Shown one piece after another: positions 39,848 to 52,133 of a stretch of 64,000 nucleotides of DNA (position 1 is the stretch's first letter; the number at the start of each line of letters is the position of its first letter). Position numbers and translations under genes: made by a program. This DNA is from Paraphysomonas bandaiensis (Eukaryota; Protista; Chrysophyceae), in assembly GCA_965644295.1 (NCBI GenBank), contig CBFFRP010000079.1, positions 124,170 to 188,169 on the forward strand, given 5' to 3'. The notes under the pieces were generated by a model that saw nothing but the letters and a program-made list of their open reading frames with translations, was not told the origin of the DNA and did not search any database.

Positions 39848-42800
39848 TCAATCACCCAAAAGCATCAAATTTCTTCGACTAGATTTCTGTGTGACCATAG
39901 GAGCCGGTCGTGTGACGGGAGGAGGAGGGGACACTGACTTTGCCTCACTGATGCCGTCTCCATCTTCTTCCTCCTCATAGTCTTCTTCCGCATCGCCATC
40001 TTGAGAGTTGTTCATCTCGTCTTCACGGCGGTTCCACTCTTCAATCGCTGTGTGGGTGTCACGAAGAAGTGGCATACGTGATATCAAAAGGCACATCCTA
40101 GCAAGATTCGTTGCAACTGAATCCTCTTCATCTAGTGTATTCCCACCTTCTCCATCCACACCCGCAGCTTTCAGGAACTTCAAATAATTATCCGCAAATA
40201 TCTGCGCAAGATTTCAATAAAATATGGGTATAAAACAACAATCACGCAGCTTATTATACGTTGTGCTTCCTAGATAAACTACGATAAAAAAAATAAACTA
40301 TTGAGCACTTGTGTGGTACAAATCACAAATGCTAATACTAGTACCTCTTTCATTTCTCGTCTCCACCCGCTCGACTTGCCCCCTCCATCTCCAACACCCA
40401 GTAAAGGGTCGTGGAAGTCGTTTCCACACTGATCTAAGATAGTGATTACGTCCCCATCATCGCTCATGATACTTCCATCCGATGCAGACGTGAGTAATTT
40501 ACGCTGAAGATAAATTGCAAACTCCATTGAGAGAGTCTGTCACAAAGAAAAATTATTTTTCAGGCAAAACTGTCAATCGTGCAACGAAAATGTATACAAG
40601 AACTCGCAAAGCAGTTGTAGAGCACGAATTGTGCCATAAAAGCATGAAGTATCCATATGGGAACATGCTACAGACAAAGACAATGTAGCATGCGTAATAA
40701 AAATACAAAGGCCAACCTGTGTATCTTCCAGCTCCGCCAGCGACCTCTTTATATAGCTGTAGGCGGCAGATGTTTCATCCACAGCTTGTGCACTTAGAGT
40801 TCTCGCTCGTTCTGCCACCGTCATCGCGGTCTGACGGCAAGCTTAGTGTACGAGGACATTTAACCACCACACACACAAGAGTACACACATCAAAATATAT
40901 ACACAACGGCACTACAATTGCATGTGACAACTACATCGTAGCCATCATTCGGTTGCATGGGCAATAGCAAGATGATTTGCGGAAACACCGTCAACGCACC
41001 TTGAGCTTCGTGTGCACTAAGTATTCAGGCTTCCCAGCACTTAGTACCCCCCTCATCTTGGACACTGACTCCGACTTCCCCACTAACTTCTTCAGTTCGA
41101 GTGTGTTCTTTGCCGCTAACGTTTGTTCCTGGGCTGCCCCAGTTACATGTCCCGCCCCTTCCTCCACAATTACCCGGCATTCCGCAACCAGTTTTCTGAT
41201 TGTTGTTACATCCTGCTTCAGTTCCGTAATCTTTGCTTTTGATGGAGATAAAGTAAAATCATCTTTCCATCTGGATGTCCCAAACCCCTTCGGAATCTTC
41301 GCCATTATTGTTTTCGCGTGCTTGCGATGTTTAACGCATTGTTCCTTCAGATCGAGAATACATTTACAGTGATGCTCTGCTCTCGCCTCTGCTTCCAGAG
41401 CCTTTACCACATGTTTAGCTCTTCTTTCCAGCTCTGCATTCAGCTCAAGTGATTCCCATAGTTCATAGTGATCACTTTCAACTACATCGTATAGGCGTGT
41501 CCCTAAGATGAATAGAGCATGTTGTTTCTCTTCCTCCTGATCTATGACATCCATAATGGATATCATTTGCTCTGTTGTTATGCGAATCTTTTGAAAACTA
41601 GCGTCTAGTTTCTGCATTCGTTCCATTCGCACGACACGGTCAGACTTACGAGATAGCCTCGAACGAGCACGAACGGCCAGCCAACGGGCAAGGGCTGAAG
41701 CCGATAGTGCTTCATATCCCGCCAATTGGGATGGAAAGGGTTTACTGAGCTCATCAGCGGTGCTGACGTACTCGCAGTGCTGTATCTTTGCTTCGTCAGA
41801 CTGTGGGGCAGCGGAAGGTCTGTTGTTACCTTCTCTAGCATCCTGTTCGCGTTGTTTTTCTTCCATCCGACGTCGTTCCCATGCTTGAGACAGAGCATTG
41901 ATCTTGTCATTAAGACCTAGTATGGCGTCAGAGCCAGTGTCATAAAAAGACGAGATACGAGATGAATTTGGTCTGCTCATAGAGCCCGACATAGACATCG
42001 AGTTTTCTAAGTTGCTGGCTGAATTATCAGCTGAGCCTTTCCGTATGGCAGCCACAAGTGAAGCAAGAGAAAACTGAGCAAAAGCATTCAGACCAGTACG
42101 TGCCTCCCTTTTATCTTTGAGTATGTCAGATATAGATGATAGTGCGTCCTTAATCCTCGTCATTGATGCATCAATAGAGGCACGTACAGAATCTCCAGGA
42201 TCGCCTTCCTTTTCACTTGACGATTTGGGGGAATTGGTCGCTAAATTCCAATGCAATCGCTTTCGAGGTTTTTCTGCTATCTGACTGAGCCTGGCGTGTA
42301 TGGAGCCATCTAGAACAAAAGTACACGAGTCATTAAACCTTTTGATCATGCTTGCCATACAAAAAATTCACCGCACTCACTCATCTACGCAGTTCAAAAT
42401 ATGACCCCACAATGTAACAGGAATAGTATATCGCGTGGAACACATCAACTTCTACATGCATGACGTGAAAGTACCTGATCCCAGTGCTGTGACTGAGGCT
42501 CTTGCTGCTCTGACAGGATACATAGAACACCTCTGTCGCTGCTCGAAAAATCCATATGCACTATCATCTTCCCTGTCCTCATCACTATCTGTCTCCTCAT
42601 CTAACGTCTCTTGGGAAGCGGCCTCAGTGTCGAAGCCACTGTAGGCACTTTGAACTTCACCCTACGTATATAATCAGCAGGCATGAATTATAGTGTAGAA
42701 GTATACCGGATGATGGTCTTCAGTGTTATCTGCGCTGGTTACTGACCAAATCCGAAGAAGGGATCCAATGGGAGTAAACGGCGACACTGAGAACTCTCCG

Positions 42801-44650
42801 CGCTTGACTGACAAAAGAAAACAATTAATTCCATCAGATGTTCTTTTTCGTTCACGACATACCGGCATCAGCAATTTCATCGTCGGAGGGCTCTTTGTCT
42901 TCCTCCACCTGAATATCGGGGAACACAGGGCATACGCGGGGTTCTGTAGTCTCGCCACGCCTATACAGATAGTCCGCCTCCAACAATGGAGTGGGTGGGA
43001 ATGGTTCCACCACAGACCCATTCACCACCACGCTCCACGCAGGCTTTGCTGAAGTAGATTCCTCGCAAGAGTCACTCGGCCCTAAATTTTCATTGACATT
43101 TTCAGAATTTGTATCTGGGTCCGTTGCGTTGCACAGGATAGGGGTTGAGACATTGTGTTGACTGGTGGTTGGTGACACATCTATTTTCACTTTATCAGTC
43201 CGGAGGAAAAAAATTAAAGGTGCCAAGGCATCCAAAAGAGTAGTTGTTTGTGTATTACCGCCACTGAAGCCCTTATCGCCAACATCAATGCCCATCCCAC
43301 CCCCTACGAAGTCACCCATATCACTACCACCGAACATTCCTTCAAAAGAAAACTCCATATTATCCGCACTTGAGCTACGCGCAGAATGGGTAGGATACGA
43401 TACGTCCCCAGCCAAATTCACACCAGCAGAATGTGCTCCGTGCATGTACATGTCATCCCGAGAGAAACCGGTTGTAGGAGCGTTCGATATGGGAAGGCAA
43501 AGGCCCCGACGAGGATCACGTAAGCCCGACATGAAATCCTTTAGAGCATTAAAGCGGTATTCTAACCACCTGAGAGGAATATTAAATAGTAGTATTTGTG
43601 AGCAATATTCTGTCGATAGAGTATAACAATAACGGGACGCGGTAATATTTCAAAACAGCAGGGATCTGCATATGATTTATCAAAAATTGATCACCTTTCT
43701 ATGGTCCATCCCGGTGGCCGACTATTGGAAATATCCGGTACTGCAGGGACACCACCAACCCCGACATACCGTTCAAGCGACTGTTGGAGTTTCATAAAGC
43801 ATTTCTACGTACAGTCACAGATATTAGACATACGGCTATGACAGTGTACTGAATATAGTCTGTGAATAATGGCAGCAGTGCATACACAAAAAGAATACCT
43901 GTGTCTTGGCCACTATCCAGCACTCATCAGACTCACTAGTTACAAGTGGATTAACATGAGGTGATGTCGCCTTCACCTAACATAGTATACAAGTGCCATT
44001 ACATCACAACAAGTCCCAATACCAAAAATAACAGCCACCACAAAATGATGAAAACAGTTTAGTTTTAACTGATAAAATTTAAGACAGTTATCACTTTGAT
44101 TTCAGTCAAAAACTCAGAACACTCAAGGGTATCATTGATAGCAAATCACAAAAACTACCTGTATGAAATATACAGTCACCATTTTATTCGCATGTTCAAA
44201 GGCTTTAAACCCAATAATATCAAAGGTGTGAGGCATGGGGCCAAGTTTCTGTGCATTGCGATCATAAATTTTCAAGTTCACTGAGATTCAACTTACTGAT
44301 TCAATATGATGTTGAGCCGAATAATTTCTTTCTTGACGCTTTGAGTTTATATAATTAGCTGTAAGTCCACCTTTGTCTATAGGTCGTAGAATGATACTAT
44401 TGACCTTTCCTATGCATCCATCTTTCCGCACCACCCAAAAGATGTGATGTGAATTGTCCAATACAGTTACAACATCTGTGTGGTATGTGAGTGTAAATGT
44501 TAACTTGAGATTATCATCTCCATACCTCCAGAGTGCAATTTCAAATACTTGTCACAGAAGTTATCTGTGACAACATAGAGATGTTGTATGGGGTAGTGTA
44601 TAGCCTTCCTCCTTGATTTCATGTACTTTGGATCCATTAATGCACTCATC
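39848..44650 (-). CDS. SH3-like + PX-like + coiled-coil (possibly BAR) sorting-nexin-like protein, many exons; start not resolved
   Basis: Manual splicing: LKLHSG|DVVTVLDNSHHIFWVVRKDGCIGK (SH3-like); TVYFIQ|VK...WIVAKTQ|KCFMKLQQSL...VPAVP...R|WLEYRFNALKDFM (PX-like); joins the track ORFs at 43532, 42358, 40527 and 40183. Confidence 0.6.
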
Positions 44651-45237
44651 CTACGGATACTTATACTATACGGGTGTTAATACACAGGGGGGTATATAGG
44701 GAGGTGTATAGGGGGGCGTACAGTGTATATATAGGGGTAACTGACCTCTGGTGGAAACTATATAATAACTAGCCCACTGATAGGAGATGAAGACAGTGGA
44801 CAGGTTACTTCCTACTGTGAAGTGACCAGAGATATGAATGCAAATACACAGAGTGAACAGATCCCCACAAAGCTAGTAGTTATGATGTTAAGATGATATG
44901 ATGTGAGTGTATAGACATATACATACATACATGTATATGTATACAGTATGTATATGTATAGTAAACAACCTAAACTCATCCCATTTTACAGTATATTTCT
45001 AAAATACCTTAATTTATATACTTCGAATGAGCAGAATTTTATGAAATTGGGTATTTATAAGAAAAACCTTTCATCAAACTGAATAAAATATGGGTTTTAA
45101 GACCACTCTATATATAAATCCTATCCACAGTATATGCGAGTATCTAGATATGGGAATGCATACTGCTGTGTACCTGCACTGCAAGTCAGTTGTATGCTAC
45201 ATGCATACATACATCATACATACACATACATACATAT

Positions 45238-48200
45238 CTAGCCGGCGTCAAAAGTCCGAACAATTCAAAAGTCCGAACAACCGTTTTTTGATGAAAAGTC
45301 CAAAAATGTCGTTCTAAACTCTCATTTTTATCTCGCTTCAGTGACATTGAAATACTATTAACACAACACTTGAACTGACCCGACACTAGAGACTTATCAT
45401 TCTATGGCAATCATGGACCACTGGACACGAATATGCAATCAGATTTTCATTTCATTCACTGCTTCTTTCAATATCGCAAGGTTTCCTATATCGTTCCAAT
45501 TCATCGAGTACCCCTCACATCCGGCACCATTGCTCGAAATCCCTACATTGAATTTTCATCATGAAGATCTTAAAAGGTTTGTATACAGATGGACTCTCAC
45601 ATATATGAGTGCTGTGCAATTCCTACGACTTGTTTTTGAATAATGTCTGATTTGTGTTCTTTCAGTGACTTCTTTGCATGACTTCAAAAGCATACGAGAA
45701 GAGAACCGACGAGACGCCATAGACAAGCTCCAGGCAGCTAAATTTGCAAAAGCACAGTCGAAAGACAGTTATGGATCTGATGTTGACCTCAATAATGGTT
45801 TTAATTGGTGCAAGGTTGCGCAGTTATGCAGTGTGAACCTGCACTGCTGAGAGCAAAATATATCTCGAAGAATGCTCCTCAGGAAGCTACTTTTGTATAT
45901 CTATGCGTTTATACAGATTTATGAGGAACAATCTATTTTATAAGAATTAGACGAATGGTAATTTTAGCAATTCGGGTCACAAGAATTGGAAGAACGGAGC
46001 GGGTGTGTTCATTCTTGCTGGTTAGGCGAATGAGGAATCTGTTTCTGTTTTGTTGTCTACTTCTGTGCCTGACGGAGATTGCATAGAGACACCAATGAGT
46101 GTAAGTAGTGTCAACATTCAAGTGTGCAATTTTTTAAGCACATGGGCCCTCTCGCTGATGGTAACCCTAAGAATATACTTGTTTGTGGTGTGATTCTCTG
46201 TAGACCGCAGTATTGATACTAAATTATAATTGTAAATAACTATGCAATTCTAGATTATAGGCATCATGAAGTAGTATAATGTGTTCTTGCTGTCCATACA
46301 GTGGCTACTACCTGCTAGCAGAGCAGTGCCTCATGGAGCACGAAGGCAATATGCAAGTAATACACTTACTAATAGAAGCTACGGTACAATACTAATATTA
46401 TGCTCGCATGTATTTCAGTTGTGCATACTAGAAATTAATAAAGTAACGATACTAATTTGAAATTATTACTATGGATTGTGGGATTGTTTTTGATCGTATA
46501 ATGTCACTGTACACTGTACCTCTGAACCTTTGCCATGGCATCATTCTGCATTCAGCACACAAGCATCAGTAGTGAATGTCTTACTATTAGCAATAATAGC
46601 GGAAGAGTCAGAGCAACATTAGTTCTGACTCTTAACCCCACACACACAATCACTAGCTAGTACTACCTACATAATTGTAGTTGACTTCTGAATGCATGCA
46701 TTCTCATTACTTCTGGAAGGAAACCTAATAATTGAGCTGCTTTATTCCTCAACTTTTGTTTCTGTAAGCTCCACTCTCTTGAGTTTGTAGCTGTAGCTAG
46801 CCAGGCTGTAGGCTGTTGTATCATGATAGCAAACGGTGGTTAGATAAAATTGTTTGATAGTAGTACCAGCTTTGCGATTTGTATTATACATCGCAAAATA
46901 ATTAGTTAGTGGCGTATAGTTATTAGTGTTTATACGTTTATACTACCAAAAGAAAAACAATCATAAATTAGCGGTAATAAAACAACATAATCCCGCTACC
47001 TATGATTTTTATCTGCGGTACTCTTCACGGTATCGGCGCATTATCTCTGAGCATTCTGATGACGTATAACAGCACCAAGATTCACAACGCACACACACGC
47101 TACCGTCGTCAGGGTCATCCGCTTGGGTTTGATTTTTCCCCATCGCCACTTTTATATTCCTTTAAAATCTTGAACCATTTCTTACTCCTCATCACTACCT
47201 ACGACTTCCTTCAAACCCTGCATAGCTCTTCATCACTCTCCTCCATATGCATGTCCTCCCAGATTGTATCGTCATCTGTAGTTTTGCTCTCAGTATGCTG
47301 TTTCTTCCTGTGTGCAGGACGGAAAATAATACTCTGCACCCATCCATTCATGTCAAAGTTGAAGCACTTCAAATCCTTGTATTAGCGTCCCTGGATTACT
47401 ACAATATGACTAAGTAGGGCAGACTCTGCACTCATGGTGGCTGTATACCTTACGGAACGTGTCTTCTCCTTGACAATCGCGACAGAGAGGACGCTTCTTT
47501 TCATTAATTTCTTCATATTCTGTGATAAAATTCTGTAAATAAAGTAACCACAAATCGCTCCTGAAACCCTAGCATAATGTTGTGAGTGTCCGAATTGGAC
47601 TTGTTCCAGGGCAAAAATCGGTTGTCTTGAGGATTTTCGGATGATACCCCTAAGACGGCGCCTACTACGGCTACGCTGGATACGAAATTGAAGGCCTCAC
47701 GGATGCCCTCCTGCCTTCGCGCATTGATTGTGGAAGGCTTTGGCTCGATACGATGGGACACCATATTCAAATACTTGTATAGGGCTCCTTGGGATCCTTA
47801 AGGAAGTTGCCCTCTCCTGATTGTTGACAGCCCCTACACTGGTCAGTGTCTTAACAAAATCCCGCCGGACGCAGAAGTGAACGAGTTCCCAGTTGCAGTG
47901 GCATCATAGCTCACGTCAGACATGATGGCCGCACCGCTTTCGTCCGTCCACGAGGTATGGCCAGTATAGCTACGACTGGGGTCTAACCCTCTTTCTCACT
48001 TGTCCTTGGCTCTAAAAGACAGACATTTCATCATAAATACATATGCTCTGACAGAAAAGAGTTACCTGAAGAACACTCCTCGACAGAAATCTGTATAAAC
48101 GCATAGATATACAAAAGTAGCTTCCTGAGGAGCATTCTTCGAGATATATTTTGCTCTCAGCAGTGCAGGTTCACACTGCATAACTGCGCAACCTTGCACC

Positions 48201-48769
48201 AATTAAAACCATTATTGAGGTCAACATCAGATCCATAACTGTCTTTCGACTGTGCTTTTGCAAATTTAGCTGCCTGGAGCTTGTCTATGGCGTCTCGTCG
48301 GTTCTCTTCTCGTATGCTTTTGAAGTCATGCAAAGAAGTCACTGAAAGAACACAAATCAGACATTATTCAAAAACAAGTCGTAGGAATTGCACAGCACTC
48401 ATATATGTGAGAGTCCATCTGTATACAAACCTTTTAAGATCTTCATGATGAAAATTCAATGTAGGGATTTCGAGCAATGGTGCCGGATGTGAGGGGTACT
48501 CGATGAATTGGAACGATATAGGAAACCTTGCGATATTGAAAGAAGCAGTGAATGAAATGAAAATCTGATTGCATATTCGTGTCCAGTGGTCCATGATTGC
48601 CATAGAATGATAAGTCTCTAGTGTCGGGTCAGTTCAAGTGTTGTGTTAATAGTATTTCAATGTCACTGAAGCGAGATAAAAATGAGAGTTTAGAACGACA
48701 TTTTTGGACTTTTCATCAAAAAACGGTTGTTCGGACTTTTGAATTGTTCGGACTTTTGACGCCGGCTGG
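45238..48769. mobile_element. Non-autonomous DNA transposon with about 683-bp terminal inverted repeats
   Basis: 45238-45920 is the near-perfect reverse complement of 48087-48769 (mirror ORFs in the track are identical); ATAT flanks both ends (45234-37, 48770-73); subterminal AAAAGTCC(GAACAA) repeats. Confidence 0.92.
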
Positions 48770-48869
48770 ATATATACACTGTACGTATATGCATATATAT
48801 AATCCATTGAGTTTCATATGAATACTATCACAACTCTTCATATCATTCTCAATATAACAAATTACAGTA

Positions 48870-49454
48870 ATGACATCATATCTTAACGAACCAGATACAG
48901 ATAGTGATCATGAAGTGGAATGTTCATTAAGTGAAGAAGAAATTAATGAATTAAAGATACGTTTTGAAACATTAAAAGCAGAAGGAAATGCATTATTTTC
49001 CAGTCAAGATTTAGAAGGGGCTCTTGAGAAGTATACTGAAATAATCAGACTTAGAAAGAGCTCTAATTTGCCCCCGGATGATGTTATATTAGCCAATAGA
49101 AGCGCCACGTATATGGGTCTTAAGCGATATGTACCAGCAAGCCACGATGCGCTTCAAGCGGCTAAAGCCAACCCCAACAACTGGAAAGCCCACTGGAGAC
49201 ACGCTCTTTCTTTAATGGAAATGGCCCCTAAGCGTTTCCGAACCAACCAGGCCATCGCTTCATTGGAAACGTGTAAAACCTGTGCTACTCTCCCCGACTC
49301 GAAGCGGAGTGATGTGGAGGCACAGCTGCAGAAGGCACGGGCTAGATTAGCCAAACAAGATGCTGAGGTAAAATTTCTCTATGATATTAACCCTGTAGCT
49401 GATATGCTATTGTAGACCCCAATGCCGGATATGAGTAATTGCGCACCCAGCTAA
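48870..49454 (+). CDS. Small TPR co-chaperone-like protein, 2 exons
   Basis: LKAEGNALF..A..KY, NRSATY, A...NP.NWKAHWR; intron 49368-49415; ends TPMPDMSNCAPS*. Confidence 0.85.
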
Positions 49455-51406
49455 ACGTCTGCGAGGAAAAGTTTACGGCAGTAGACCCTTCAGAATCATT
49501 AGTAACTGCGTTCGTTCTTAGTGCACCTGCGCTGATTATGGAGTTGTGTAATTGATTATAAAAATAGTTTAATCAAACTACTCTACCAATTAAATGCTAT
49601 CTTCTGTATAGAAATCTACGTACAAGTACAAAGAGTACTCAAAGCAGTCGTCGATTTATTTTAGTGCATTGTGTAGCTATGTCCACAATAAAAAATATAT
49701 TGAATATTGCATTGACTGGTCTAACTAGTTGATATTATATAGACATATGATGTATGAAGATAGCATATACTATACATGAGTAGTGTCGAAACATATATGC
49801 AAGGACAAGTACTAATTCTGATGATTTGATTTTCTATGGCCACTATCTAGGTTCAATATTCAATAGTTAGATCAAATAAAATCATTTTAATAATAAAATT
49901 ATGCTAAAGTAGTTGAACCAGTCAACGAATATAACTTCAATGGCTACTAATAACGGTCATGATAATATAATCACACTGAAGACTATTCATGTTTGTCCAA
50001 TTGGTCTACAAAACTATTACAAACAGAAATAGTGGTGGTATACCCCTAAAGGGTATATTGCCCCAACACGTACCCTTCAACAATTCAAATGGGGAAAGGC
50101 GAAGTGATGAGTGAACGAAGAGATATAATTCTCTCTCTCATGTATTATTCCTTTCCCTTTTTATCTCCTGTCTCTGAGAACGAACTACCGCAAGCATAAA
50201 CAAAGCAAATTGTAGTATCTGTTGAATATCGTTGCAATATATCAATCACACTCGACACAGATGTTGCATTGCAAGTAGGTTGTGATGATACCCAGTTCAT
50301 AGAGTCAAACGTTGTGGTTATTATGTCTTTGAAATCGAGTTTCCTCTTTTCATATTTTGTTTCATCAAATATGATATTTTGGCAATTTCCAATGCTTCTA
50401 GTTTCTACAAAAAAGAAATGACGTACACCTGTACTTGCATAAATTACCCTGATGATAGAATCCCATTGTACTTCACTCGCCCCTTTTCAACATTCAAAAG
50501 AGCAACTTTGTCATATCCTCATTCCGTTTAAAGTTATTCTCTGAATTTCAACCCACCGAATACTCCATTTCTCTGGTGGTACTTTCTGCATTGGAAACGA
50601 GTCGTGTGGAAGCTTCAGTTAATTTTCTAATATCTTCATTTAATTTGTCAACACCTGCACTAAGAAAGGAAATTGCTCTTCCAAAGGACAACTTCGTTCT
50701 AATAATTCTACTCCGACGTGAAGATTCATATATTTTAGCAATTTGGGCTCCCCTTTAATACTGATTTCTCTTTTTCAATAACTAACGAATTTCTTCAATT
50801 GTGAGGTGCGGGATAATGTTATTTTTGGCAGATGACATTATGTCATCATTCACAGTCAGTTGTATTAGTGTTGTTAATTTATATTCGATAATATTCAGTA
50901 CTTATTGAGAATAGATAATGGTCGTTGGTAAAACTCCCCAATTCTGATGAATTTATCATTTCACAAGTCATTTCTTGAAAGTATGGGAAAATATTCTCAT
51001 CCGGTCTGTCTGCATCTCCTACTAAAGATCACTGGCGTTGCGTTCTTGCATAAAGAACTGTTTTCCCTTGGTAAGTTATATCATACGCATCAGACCAATA
51101 CAACACAAAGAACTGTAATCCAAGATGTGGATTAACCACAACATGATTTGAGATATCATTTATAACAAACCCAATAGGAATTGATATTTCAGCACTGGCA
51201 TCATCAATAAAATACACCTTTACAATTTCTGGTCCAATAGCTTCTATACTAAAGAATGCTCCATTATCGATACGTGCTTGTTGAATGCTGTTGTTTCGAA
51301 AAGAGAATGACCCCTTTTAAAGCTCATCATATTGTTCTATTCAATTATCTGATCACCCAAAAGTGTGTTCAATATTATCCAGTTGTGTTGTGGAATGTGG
51401 AATGCT

Positions 51407-51515
<109 letters not shown>

Positions 51516-52133
51516 GTGCACTGCTGTGTGTGTGTATGGTATGGTACGTAGCATCGACTGGCATTGTGTACCTCATATCTACTGCCTCATACAAACCAAC
51601 TATTTTCCATGCAATCCCTGAAAAAAACTTAAATCTATATGCTAAAAAGCTGTAAAAAGTTATATAGAAAGGGGCAAAAAAAAAGAAATTGTATACTCGA
51701 AACTGTATTTTATTGCACAACAACGTGCACAACGTGACGGGTGTACCAAATATGTACAATTATAGTTTAGAGTTTGGTGGCATCGTTACCAATCATCTCC
51801 AAATCGCTACCAGTGATTGGATCTCATACACCATCCCGTCGCATACACTCTTTTCTACTCCACACATCTGTATTCTATACGTTCCCAAAGAATGACTGGT
51901 ACAAATATACAGTGTGGCTGGAGTGTGTATAATCACAACGAAGTGCGAAGAAGAAGTTCAGTGAAGTGAGACGACAGCTTCCACACACTCCAAAGTGACT
52001 ATGCGGAGATATGTATACATAACAAGAGTGAGTGTGATGGTTAAACACAACTAACAAACACACATATACACACTCTCATCAGATCAGACACTCTTCAGCC
52101 TCTTCAGTCCCAGTGCTCTGCTCATCCACTGAT

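Noticed and set aside
45404-48603. Duplicated 79-aa and 61-aa ORFs as a gene pair
   Set aside because: Mirror images within the transposon TIRs; no recognisable domain.
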